The position numbers and the translations under genes were made by a program. Below the pieces are notes generated by a model that had not been told where the DNA came from, ran no database searches, and saw nothing but the letters and a program-made list of their open reading frames with translations. Source: Candidatus Krumholzibacteriia bacterium (GTDB lineage Bacteria > Krumholzibacteriota > Krumholzibacteriia > LZORAL124-64-63). From it: 10,296 bases of DNA. Below, one piece after another: positions 1 through 7,953 of the stretch. How positions within the stretch are numbered: the stretch's first letter is position 1; each line of letters starts with the position of its first letter. The stretch lies in NCBI GenBank assembly GCA_046484865.1, contig JAWOID010000047.1, positions 1 to 10,296 on the forward strand, read 5' to 3'.

Positions 1-253
1 CGCGGAGGCCGAGATCTCGACGTCCGCGAGGGCGGCGGTGCCCGCCGGGATCTTCTCCTGATGGTGCAGTGCGTTCGTACGGTCCATGCTCGCTTCTCCC
101 GCGGTGCTGCCCGCCCCGGTCACGCCCCGCTCGCACGGGGCCGGCAGCACCGCGGGAGAAGCGAGCATGGACCGTACGAACGCATTGCACCATCAGGAGA
201 AGATCCCGGCGGGCACCGCCGCCCTCGCGGACGTCGAGATCTCGGCCTCCGCG
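1..253. repeat. Long inverted repeat (fold-back), arms 1-118 and 136-253, 17-nt spacer, truncated by the window edge
   Basis: Position i pairs with 254-i from 1/253 to 118/136. Only two mismatches: 69/185 (G vs T) and 112/142 (C vs C). It duplicates the RBS and first 29 codons of the DUF342 gene. Confidence 0.95.
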
Positions 254-1705
254 CCGCCGGCCGCCGCCGCCGCCGACGCCGACGAACTCCTGCTGCGGCC
301 TCCGGTGTTCCAGGTCTGGCTCGCCGAGGACCGCCTGGCGGTGCTGGTGGACTGCCCGGACCCCCACGCGGACCTGCTGGTGGCCGGCGCACGCGTCGAG
401 ACCGAGCTGGAGGCGCTCGGAGTGGCCGACATCCCCGACGCGGACACCCTCGCCGAACGCCTGGCCGCCGCCTGCGCTCCGGGCGAGCATCTGCGCGGAT
501 ACCCGGTGGTCGCGGGCCAGGCGCCGGTTCCGCCGGAGGACGGCCGCATCAAGTGGACCGACGACTTCTTCGCCACCGGCTTCGCCGTGGACGAGCAGAC
601 CGGCGCTGTGGACTACTGGGAGCGCGTGGATCGGCGCGCGGTGGTCGCCGACCAGGTCCTGGCGCGAGCGCTGGAACCTCGCCCGGGCGTGCCGGGGCGG
701 GACGTCCTGGGCGATGCGATCACGGTGCGCGAACCTGCGCGCGTCCGTCTGCGCACCGGCAAGAACGTCCGCGAGGAATCGGTCGAGGGAGCGCTGCACT
801 ACGTGGCCGAACTCGCCGGTCGCCTCCGGTACCAGGACGACACGCTGTCCGTGGACGAGGTCTACGTGATCCGGGGCGACGTCAGCCTCGAGACCGGCCA
901 CGTCCGCCACACCGGCGCCGTGAGCGTGGAAGGCGACGTGCACACCGGGGCCCGCCTGGAAGCCGACGGCGACGTGATCGTGCGCGGCATGATGGAGCCG
1001 TGCAGTGTGATCTGCGGCGGCAACCTGGTGGTCGGCGGCGGCATCCAGGGCGGTCCCGACCACGAGATCCGGACGCAGGGCGGCGTGCAGGCCAGGTACA
1101 TTCACGAGGCGCGGGTGACGGCCGGCGGCGATGTGGTCGTCTCCAGCGAGGTGAGTCACGCCGTGATCCGGACGGCCGGTCGCGTCCTGGTGGCGGGCGG
1201 ACGCCTCACCGGCGGCAGCACCGTCGCGCACAGGGGCATCAAGGTGGCTCGCGCCGGAGCCGACGGCTCGACCAGCACCGAGATCGTCGCCGGCGTGGAC
1301 CCGTTCCTGGACGCGCGCCTGCGCGAGCACAGCGAGCGGCTGGCCAAGCTCGAGGACGCGCGCCTGCGGATCGGCGACGTCCTCCTGGCGGCGGCGCAGC
1401 GGGGTCGCCGGCTCAGCAGCCAGGAGCAGCAGACGGCGGCGGGATTGCAGGAGAAGCTCCGGCAGATCGAGGCTGCCAGCCAGCAGATCTCCCGGCACAT
1501 CCAGCGAGCGCGCCGGGACGCCGCCATGGCCGGTCTGGCGAAGATCGTGATCCTCAAGGAGATCCGGGCCGGCTGCGTGCTGGGGCTGGGCGACGCCCGC
1601 CTGCGGGTGACCGAGGACATCGACAAGCCGCGGATCGCCGAGCTGAAACGCGCCCGGGTGCGACTCCTGCCACTCGGGGACGGGAACCTCCCGGAGGACC
1701 TCTGA
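167..1705 (+). CDS. FapA/DUF342-family protein (flagellar assembly protein A-like), about 512 aa
   Basis: Family-like motifs seen: VAGQAPVPPEDG, VDYWE, PGVPGRDVLG, GKNV, V.GDV..ETG.V...G.V.V.GDV..G..LEA.GDV.V.G, then a Gly-rich beta-helix-like run, TEIVAGVDP, a coiled coil and a C-terminal tail. Start placed at ATG 167 (GGGAGAA at 154-160). The track's ATG 86 lies inside the inverted copy. Confidence 0.85.
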   Translation: MDRTNALHHQEKIPAGTAALADVEISASAPPAAAAADADELLLRPPVFQVWLAEDRLAVLVDCPDPHADLLVAGARVETELEALGVADIPDADTLAERLAAACAPGEHLRGYPVVAGQAPVPPEDGRIKWTDDFFATGFAVDEQTGAVDYWERVDRRAVVADQVLARALEPRPGVPGRDVLGDAITVREPARVRLRTGKNVREESVEGALHYVAELAGRLRYQDDTLSVDEVYVIRGDVSLETGHVRHTGAVSVEGDVHTGARLEADGDVIVRGMMEPCSVICGGNLVVGGGIQGGPDHEIRTQGGVQARYIHEARVTAGGDVVVSSEVSHAVIRTAGRVLVAGGRLTGGSTVAHRGIKVARAGADGSTSTEIVAGVDPFLDARLREHSERLAKLEDARLRIGDVLLAAAQRGRRLSSQEQQTAAGLQEKLRQIEAASQQISRHIQRARRDAAMAGLAKIVILKEIRAGCVLGLGDARLRVTEDIDKPRIAELKRARVRLLPLGDGNLPEDL

Positions 1706-1741
1706 CCGACCGCTCGCCCGGCGACCGCGTCGGCAGGTCGA

Positions 1742-3097
1742 TCACGGGTCCGGTCGGGGCAAAACACGATTTCCCTGGCACGACCGCTCGGCCCGACGCG
1801 CGGCCGCTCTCCCGGCCTCCAGATCGACCCGCGCCAGCAGCAGCCCCCCGGCGACGAAGAAGCCGGCCATCACCACGCTGCTGATGCGACTGGCGCCGGT
1901 CAGATGGGAGATCGCGCCGAAGACCAGCGGGCCGGCGATGCCGGCCAGCTTGCCGCTGGTCGAGTAGAAGCCGAAGAACTGGGCGCTGCGGTGGCGCGGC
2001 ACCATCGAGGCGAAGAGCGACCGGCTGAGGGCCTGCGTCCCCCCCTGCACCGTCCCCACGAGCGCGGCCAGGACGTAGAACTGCCAGGCCGAACGCAGGA
2101 AGTAACCACCCAGGCTGATGAGCACGTACACTGCCAGACCGGCGGTCACGGCGCGGCGCGGACCGATCCGGCCGGCGAGACGGCCGAAGAACAGCGTGCA
2201 CGGGAAACCCACGAACTGGGTGATCACCAGGGCCGCGACCAGGTGACCGGTGGCGATGCCGACTTCCGAGCCGAACGCGGTCGCCATCTTGATGATGGTG
2301 CCGATGCCGTCGTTGTAGATCCAGTACGCCACGAGGAAGAGCAGCAGCTGGGGGTACCGGCGCAGTTCCGCCAGGGTGCGCAGGGGCCGGCGCAGCCCCG
2401 CCGCCACGCCGCCGGCATCGTGCCGGGCACCGCCGGGGCCGGCGGGCGATCGCGGCGCATGGCGCAGCAACGGCAGGCTGAACAGAGCCCACCACACCGC
2501 CACGCTCACGAAAGCGGCCCGTACCGCCGCCCCCGGGCCGGCGAAACCGAACCAGGCGGGTTGCAGCACCCAGAAGGCGTTGATCACGAGCAACAAGCCA
2601 CCGCCCAGATAGCCCATCGCGTAGCCGCGGGCGGAGATCCGATCCAGATCTCCGGCCGGGACGATGCGCGGCAGCAGTGACTCGTAGAAGACGATCGAGG
2701 CGGAGAACCCCAGGTTGGCCGCGGCGAAGAGCGCGCCGGCCAGCCGCCACTGCCCGTCGCCGATGAAGGCGAGCAGACCGGTGAACACGATGCCCACCGC
2801 GGCGCTGGTCGCGAGCATTCCGCGGGTGCGCCCGCTGCGGTCGGCGGCTGCCCCCAGCAACGGGGCTGCCAGCGCGATCACCAGCAGGGTGCCGGCCGTC
2901 ACGTAGCCCCAGGCGGCGGTGGCCACGGCCGGTTCCAGGCCGCTGGCCATTGCGAGTTCACGGAAGAAGGGCGGAAAGAGCGCGGCCATGACCGTGGTGG
3001 CGAAGGCGCTGTTCGCCCAGTCGTAGAGGACCCAGGCGCGAACGGCCCGGCGCCTCGCGACCGCGATCGGTCCGGACGGCTCGCCGGGGCCGTCCAT
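1742..3097 (-). CDS. MFS transporter, UMF1/Atg22-like (YxiO-like) family, 451 aa
   Basis: N-terminal [63 protein letters not shown] and [15 protein letters not shown], with about 12 hydrophobic segments. GGGAG lies upstream of ATG 3097. Confidence 0.9.
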   Translation of the reverse strand: MDGPGEPSGPIAVARRRAVRAWVLYDWANSAFATTVMAALFPPFFRELAMASGLEPAVATAAWGYVTAGTLLVIALAAPLLGAAADRSGRTRGMLATSAAVGIVFTGLLAFIGDGQWRLAGALFAAANLGFSASIVFYESLLPRIVPAGDLDRISARGYAMGYLGGGLLLVINAFWVLQPAWFGFAGPGAAVRAAFVSVAVWWALFSLPLLRHAPRSPAGPGGARHDAGGVAAGLRRPLRTLAELRRYPQLLLFLVAYWIYNDGIGTIIKMATAFGSEVGIATGHLVAALVITQFVGFPCTLFFGRLAGRIGPRRAVTAGLAVYVLISLGGYFLRSAWQFYVLAALVGTVQGGTQALSRSLFASMVPRHRSAQFFGFYSTSGKLAGIAGPLVFGAISHLTGASRISSVVMAGFFVAGGLLLARVDLEAGRAAARRAERSCQGNRVLPRPDP

Positions 3098-3195
3098 GTC
3101 AGCACCCGCTCCCGTGCGGCACCTTTTCGACGCCGTCCCGCCGGGGCGCCGGCCGGCGCCGCGGCAACGATCGTCCGGGTCCGCGCATGCTCCAC

Positions 3196-3783
3196 CTACC
3201 AGTAGAAGAAGAACCCGACCTGGGGAAAGAGCAGGAAGTCGTCGTCGTCCCCCTCATGCGTGAAGTCCAGTTCCACCTGGAAGGACCAGCGCTCGCCCGC
3301 GAGGAACTCCGTCCCCACGCCGAAACCGTAGTTCCAGTGCTCGGCGACCTCGTCGGGCCGGTCGTCGTGCCGTTCCCGGTGGTAGTAGCGCGAGAGGCCG
3401 GCGGCGAGGAAGAGCCGCATCGTGCGATCCTGACGCAGCAGGTACTGCCCCTCGACACCCAGATTGTGCCGGCGGTGGTCCGACGTGTTCCAGACCGCAC
3501 CCGTGCCCTGCACGTAGAGCCACCACTGCAGCGGCACCTTGATCGAGAGACCGGTCCCGCCGATCTTGCCGGCGTGCACTCCGATGCCGCCCTGCATCGG
3601 GTCCTGCGTGCGATTCCAGTCCCGGGCAGCGATCGGCGTCGCGGCGACGATGCCAGCCGCCAGCAGCACCGCTGCGATCGCCGCCTTGCCGCCGGCCAGA
3701 CGCGTGGCGCACCCGACCGCCCTGCTGCGGCGGCAGGTCCTTGCGGCCGGCCGGGCTCGACCGTGCTCGTGCCTCGTTTCCAT
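3196..3783 (-). CDS. Secreted small outer-membrane beta-barrel-like protein, about 195 aa
   Basis: GGGAGG RBS upstream of ATG 3783 (METRHEH). Hydrophobic signal segment AAIAAVLLAAGIVAATPIAA ends in an A-X-A-like site. Alternating beta-strand patterns (NLGVEGQY, RLFLAAGLSRY, NYGFGVGTEF, SFQVELDF) and aromatic C-terminus PQVGFFFYW. Confidence 0.7.
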   Translation of the reverse strand: METRHEHGRARPAARTCRRSRAVGCATRLAGGKAAIAAVLLAAGIVAATPIAARDWNRTQDPMQGGIGVHAGKIGGTGLSIKVPLQWWLYVQGTGAVWNTSDHRRHNLGVEGQYLLRQDRTMRLFLAAGLSRYYHRERHDDRPDEVAEHWNYGFGVGTEFLAGERWSFQVELDFTHEGDDDDFLLFPQVGFFFYW

Positions 3784-3987
3784 CAGATCCGTCCTCCCTG
3801 CCGGGCGCTCCGGACGCCCCTCCGCTCCTGTCCGTGGGTGGGGCGCCATTATCGCGCGGCGCGGCTCCGGATGCCACCGGGGATCTGGCGCCGCAGCACC
3901 GGTGGGCCGGCCGAAAGGGGCGCCGCAACGCCGCCGAGCAACCGGGGCAGACTCGCCGCGGCATGCCCGTCGCCGGACATAGCGAGA

Positions 3988-4018
3988 CCGGGCCGGCCCC
4001 CCGAGGGGACCGGCCCGG
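3988..4018 (-). terminator. GC-rich hairpin downstream of nrdJ (possible terminator or stabilising stem)
   Basis: Minus strand CCGGGCCGG-T-CCCC-TCG-GGGG-G-CCGGCCCGG gives a 14-bp stem with one U.G pair, 30 nt after the nrdJ stop. The U-tail is weak (TCTCGCTAT). Confidence 0.5.
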
Positions 4019-4048
4019 CGTTCGCCTCCGTGCGACGTCCCAGCTCCG

Positions 4049-6952
4049 TCAAGAACAGCCCGTCGTCGCCCCGCAGTTGTGACACTTGTAGCAGGAGCCG
4101 TTGCGGATCGTCACCGATCCGCACTCGGGGCACGGCGGGCTGTCGGACTGCGTTCTGAACACCTGGGTCTCGGAATCCTTCAACGTGATCCTCGGCTGAC
4201 TGACGCCCGTCTCCTCCTCGCGAGCGCGCAGCTCGTCGTCGACGGCCTCCCGCAGGAGTGCTCCCACGGCGCTGTCGTCGGCGACCGCAGCGGCCGCGGT
4301 CTCGCCCTTGCGGCCGCGCCGCTTCTGGGCGCGCTCGCCGAACTTGAGGTCCATCCAGCGGAACATGTAGTCCATGATCGACTTGGCCAGCGGGATCTCG
4401 GGGTTGCTGGTCACCCCGCTGGGTTCGAAGCGCATGTGGCTGAACTTGCTGACGAGGACCTTCAGCGGCACCCCGTACTGGAGCATGATCGAGACGGCCG
4501 TGGCGAACGCATCCATCAGGCCGCTGACCGTGGACCCTTCCTTCGCCATGGCGACGAACATCTCGCCCGGCTGCCCGTTGGGATAGGTGCCGACGGTGAC
4601 GTATCCCTCGTGGCCGGCGATCGAGAACTTGTGCGTGATGGCCTGGCGCTCGTCCGGCAGCCGGACGCGGTGGGGTTCCGGCGGCGCCAGCAGCTTCGTC
4701 TCGGCCCTGGCCTTCTTCTGGCCGGTGTTGAGCGGCTGCAGACGCTTGCTGCCGTCGCGGTAGATGGCGATGGCCTTCAGCCCCAGCTTCCACGCCTCGA
4801 TGTACGTCTTCATGATCTCGTCGGCTGTGGCCTCGGGCGGCATGTTCACGGTCTTGCTGATGGCGCCCGAGAGGAACGGCTGCACGGCGGCCATCATGCG
4901 GATGTGTCCCATGTGATGGATCGAGCGCTGACCGTTGGCCGGACGGAAGGCGCAGTCGAACACCGGCAGGTGCTCCTCCTTCAGGTTCGGCGCACCCTCG
5001 ATCGTCTCGTTCTCGTTGATCCAGGCGAGGATCGCCTCCACATCCTCGTCCTCGTAGCCCAGCCGCTCGAGCGCCTCGGGCACGCTGTTGTTGACGATCT
5101 TCAGCTGGCCGCCGTCCACCAGCTTCTTGTACTTCACCAGGGCGATGTCCGGTTCGATCCCGGTGGTGTCGCAATCCATCATGAAGCTGATGGTGCCGGT
5201 GGGCGCGAGCACGGTGACCTGGGCATTGCGGTAGCCGTAGTCGTGGCCCAGCGCGTACGCCTCCCGCCACACCGCGTGGGTCGCCCGGACGAGTTCCTCG
5301 GGGACCCGGTTGGGATTGATGCTGCCGAGCGCCGCGCGGTGCTTCCGGATCACCTCGAGGAACGACTCGCGATTCTCGGCATAGCCGTCGAACGGAGCCT
5401 TCTGCCGCGCCAGCTCGGCGCTGGTCAGGTAGGCCTGGCCGCAGAGCAGGGCGGTGAGAGCGGCGGCGTAGTCGCGCCCCTCGTCGGTGTCGTAAGGCAA
5501 GCCGCGGCACATGAGCAGCGCGCCCAGATTCGAGTAGCCCAGGCCCAGCGGCCGGAAACGGCGGCTGTTCTCGGCGATGGGCTCGCGCGGATAGCTGCTG
5601 TTGTCGACGATGATCTCCATGGCCGTCAGCAGCACGCTCACGGCATGGCGGAACGCCTCGATGTCGAACTCGCCGTCCTCGCGGCGGAACTTCATCAGGT
5701 TCAGCGAGGCGAGATTGCAGGCCGAGTCGTTGAGGAACATGTATTCGCTGCACGGATTCGAGGCGTAGATGCGGTCGGTGGCCTTGCAGGTGTGCCACTC
5801 GTTGACGGTGGTGTCGAACTGCATGCCCGGGTCGCCGCAGACGTGAGCGCTCTCGGCGATCTTGTTCATCAGGTCGCGGGCGCGGTACGTCTCCATCGGC
5901 TTGCCGCTGGTGACGGCCCGGGTCGTCCAGGTGCCGTCCTCCACCACCGCGCGCATGAACTCGTTGCTCACCCGCACCGAGTTGTTGCTGTTCTGGAAGA
6001 AGACGGAGCTGTACGCCTCGCCGTTGAAGGAGCCGTCGTAGCCCTGGTCGATGAGGGCCCACGCCTTGCGCTCCTCCTTCACCTTGCACTCGATGAACTC
6101 CTCGATGTCGGGATGACCGATGTCGAGGATCACCATCTTGGCCGCGCGGCGGGTCTTGCCGCCCGACTTGATGACGCCGGCGAAGGCATCGAAGCCGCGC
6201 ATGAACGACACCGGACCGCTGGCCTGTCCACCCGTGGTGAGCTGCTCCTTGCTCGAGCGCAGGGGCGAGAGGTTCGTGCCCGTGCCCGAACCGTACTTGA
6301 AGAGCATCCCCTCCGTCTTGGCGAGGTCGAGGATGGAGGCCATGGAGTCGTTCACCGAGTTGATGAAGCAGGCGGAGCACTGGGGCGCCTTCTCCACTCC
6401 CACGTTGAACCAGACCGGCGAGTTGAACGATGCCTTCTGGTGCAGCAGCAGGTGGATCAGCTCGTCGCGAAATCCCTCCGCGTCGTCGGGCGTGGCGAAG
6501 TCGAGATCGGCGATGCCCCATTCGGTGATGGTGTCGGCCACGCGACCGATGAGCTGCCGCACCGACGACTCGCGGTCCGGCGACCCCTGCCCACCCCGGA
6601 AGTACTTGCTGACCACCACGTTGGTGGCCATCTGCGACCAGAATGCCGGGATCTCGCAGTCGTCCTGCCGGAAGAGCACCTCGCCCTTGTCGCTGGTGAT
6701 GGTGGCGCTGCGCCGCTCCCACTCCACCTCGTCGAACGGGCTCACTCCCGGCCGCGTGTTGCGACGCGCCACGCGCATGCCGCGCGGGGTCGTCGCTTCG
6801 CGCCCGTTGTCGGGCGCCGCGCGCACGACGGCGTCGGCGGCAGCGTCGGCCGCGCCGGCGGCGGCGGCCCGGGCCAGCTCGGGAGCCGCCCCGGCAGCGC
6901 CCTGCGCCTGGTCGGCGGCGAGTTTCGGATTCCTGTCCGTGTGATCCTTCAT
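4049..6952 (-). CDS. nrdJ: Vitamin B12 (adenosylcobalamin)-dependent class II ribonucleotide reductase, about 967 aa
   Basis: Motifs FNSPVWFN, PQCSACFI, GSGTGTNLS, IKSGGKTRRAAKM, catalytic ASNPCSEY, ACNLASLNL, LAPTGTISFMMDC and SGAISKTVN. C-terminal TSCPD-like domain (LPDERQAITHKFSIAGHEGY) and Zn-ribbon-like tail CPECG...CYKCHNCGATTGCS. AAGGAG (6968-6963) is 10 nt from ATG 6952, favouring it over GTG 6961. Confidence 0.97.
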   Translation of the reverse strand: MKDHTDRNPKLAADQAQGAAGAAPELARAAAAGAADAAADAVVRAAPDNGREATTPRGMRVARRNTRPGVSPFDEVEWERRSATITSDKGEVLFRQDDCEIPAFWSQMATNVVVSKYFRGGQGSPDRESSVRQLIGRVADTITEWGIADLDFATPDDAEGFRDELIHLLLHQKASFNSPVWFNVGVEKAPQCSACFINSVNDSMASILDLAKTEGMLFKYGSGTGTNLSPLRSSKEQLTTGGQASGPVSFMRGFDAFAGVIKSGGKTRRAAKMVILDIGHPDIEEFIECKVKEERKAWALIDQGYDGSFNGEAYSSVFFQNSNNSVRVSNEFMRAVVEDGTWTTRAVTSGKPMETYRARDLMNKIAESAHVCGDPGMQFDTTVNEWHTCKATDRIYASNPCSEYMFLNDSACNLASLNLMKFRREDGEFDIEAFRHAVSVLLTAMEIIVDNSSYPREPIAENSRRFRPLGLGYSNLGALLMCRGLPYDTDEGRDYAAALTALLCGQAYLTSAELARQKAPFDGYAENRESFLEVIRKHRAALGSINPNRVPEELVRATHAVWREAYALGHDYGYRNAQVTVLAPTGTISFMMDCDTTGIEPDIALVKYKKLVDGGQLKIVNNSVPEALERLGYEDEDVEAILAWINENETIEGAPNLKEEHLPVFDCAFRPANGQRSIHHMGHIRMMAAVQPFLSGAISKTVNMPPEATADEIMKTYIEAWKLGLKAIAIYRDGSKRLQPLNTGQKKARAETKLLAPPEPHRVRLPDERQAITHKFSIAGHEGYVTVGTYPNGQPGEMFVAMAKEGSTVSGLMDAFATAVSIMLQYGVPLKVLVSKFSHMRFEPSGVTSNPEIPLAKSIMDYMFRWMDLKFGERAQKRRGRKGETAAAAVADDSAVGALLREAVDDELRAREEETGVSQPRITLKDSETQVFRTQSDSPPCPECGSVTIRNGSCYKCHNCGATTGCS

Positions 6953-7141
6953 TGGGGGCACGCTCCTTCGCTTCGCTGCTGCCGGCTGGTCTTCCCGGCG
7001 GTCCCGGTCCGGCCGTGGAGCCGAGCCTCCGTGTTCGGGGCTCGTCGATCCTGCGTGGATCCTCCCTGCAAGCCGATTCGTGCTGGGGCCGGCTTCACCC
7101 GCCCGCGAAATACAAGACGAGAAAGGTCATCTGTCCGCCCC

Positions 7142-7147
7142 AGTATA
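7142..7147 (-). promoter_or_regulatory. Putative -10 element (TATACT) of the nrdJ promoter
   Basis: TATACT on the minus strand directly abuts the proximal NrdR box in an otherwise GC-rich region. No convincing -35 element. Confidence 0.5.
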
Positions 7148-7195
7148 ACGCTACATCTGGGGGTTCGCCCTGGACTGAACCACACTCGGTAGTGG
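7148..7195. promoter_or_regulatory. Tandem NrdR boxes upstream of nrdJ
   Basis: ACGCTACATCTGGGGG (7148-7163) matches the NrdR-box consensus acaCwAtATaTwGtgt at all core C-A-AT-T-G positions. A weaker copy CCACACTCGGTAGTGG (7180-7195) starts 32 bp away, the typical tandem spacing. Confidence 0.7.
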
Positions 7196-7332
7196 GGACG
7201 GCCCGTATTCAATCGCAGGCGGCGGCTCGACACAAGGCCCGATTTCACCGACGAGGGTTGGCGTCGGAGGCCGCGGTCCGCAGACTGCCGCTTGGACGGC
7301 GCCCGTGCGGGTATCGCGCCGGCGACGCCCCG

Positions 7333-7379
7333 AAAAAAAAAAGCGGGAGGGCGCCGGACCCGGCGACCCGGCGCCCTCC
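7333..7379 (-). terminator. Rho-independent terminator of the HDOD-arsC-like operon
   Basis: Perfect 12-bp stem GGAGGGCGCCGG (7346-7357) / CCGGCGCCCTCC (7368-7379) with a 10-nt loop, followed on the minus strand by CGC and 10 T (A-run at 7333-7342). Confidence 0.85.
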
Positions 7380-7509
7380 GGGAAAGCGGTGCTCGCCGGG
7401 GCGGCAGCGCCTCGAGGACGTAGTCGCCTGAACAGGTGGAACTTGGAGAACCGGAGCGGTTCGGCCGGTTGCTGGCGCGGCCCACCGGCGCCCACCGCGC
7501 GCCGGGGCC

Positions 7510-7953
7510 TCAGGGCCCGGCGCCGTCCTCGGCGTGGTCGCCGACCAGTCGGCCGGCCGCCACGTCCTCCACCAGTCGGAGAATGGCGTCGCGGCCCGCG
7601 CGGTACGCGTCCAGCACGTCTTCGCGGCTGCCGCGGGCACCGGTGGGGTCGGGGACGGGGCGGTGGACATGCCGCTCGGGACGACCGAGACGCGGCAGAA
7701 AGCGCGCCGCGGTGTCGCTGAGGGTGACCACCAGGTCGTAGGCTTCGAGGTCGAGTTCGTCCAGGCTCTTGCTGCGCTGACCGGTCAGGTCGCAACCCGC
7801 TTCCGCCATCACGGCGCGGGTCTCCTCCGCGATGGGGCTGGTGACCAGACCGCAGCTCGCCACGTGCCACTGCGCGGGAAAGCGGCTGCGCGCCCACGCC
7901 TCGGCCATCTGGCTGCGGCAGGAGTTGGCGGTGCACATGAACAGGACCTTCAA
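7510..7953 (-). CDS. Low-molecular-weight phosphatase / ArsC-fold protein lacking resolving cysteines, 147 aa
   Basis: P-loop [16 protein letters not shown] (CX5R), AVMAEAG.D...QRSK, DLVVTL and general-acid PDP. The TTG start overlaps the TGA of the upstream gene (TTGA, 7953-7950). Confidence 0.88.
   Translation of the reverse strand: MKVLFMCTANSCRSQMAEAWARSRFPAQWHVASCGLVTSPIAEETRAVMAEAGCDLTGQRSKSLDELDLEAYDLVVTLSDTAARFLPRLGRPERHVHRPVPDPTGARGSREDVLDAYRAGRDAILRLVEDVAAGRLVGDHAEDGAGP

Noticed and set aside
1707..1790. 10-bp direct repeat CGACCGCTCG (1707-1716, 1781-1790)
   Set aside because: Short and GC-rich, only two exact copies, no array or element structure.
61..1884. 607-aa Arg/Gly/Pro-rich ORF and other ORFs overlapping the DUF342 gene
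   Set aside because: Alternate-frame low-complexity translations. Those starting at 61 and 69 begin inside the inverted-repeat arm.
3145..3160. 16-bp perfect palindrome GGCGCCGGCCGGCGCC between the barrel and MFS genes
   Set aside because: Pure G/C in a high-GC genome, with no U-tail or recognisable operator.
3700..3783. Tat motif or lipobox (CRRSR, AVGC) in the barrel protein N-terminus
   Set aside because: Does not match S/T-RR-x-F-L, and no hydrophobic stretch precedes the Cys.
4049..6952. Intein or intron in nrdJ
   Set aside because: Conserved motifs follow at normal spacing, with no insertion or splice-junction/LAGLIDADG-like sequence seen.
4079..7192. 1037-aa + strand ORF, also 3849..6722 (-) and 6120..6944 (+)
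   Set aside because: Antisense or frame-shifted shadows of nrdJ, expected from high-GC codon bias. No recognisable motifs.
6953..7330. Cobalamin riboswitch upstream of B12-dependent nrdJ
   Set aside because: I could not identify the conserved B12-box or core elements by eye. An Rfam scan would be needed to exclude it fully.
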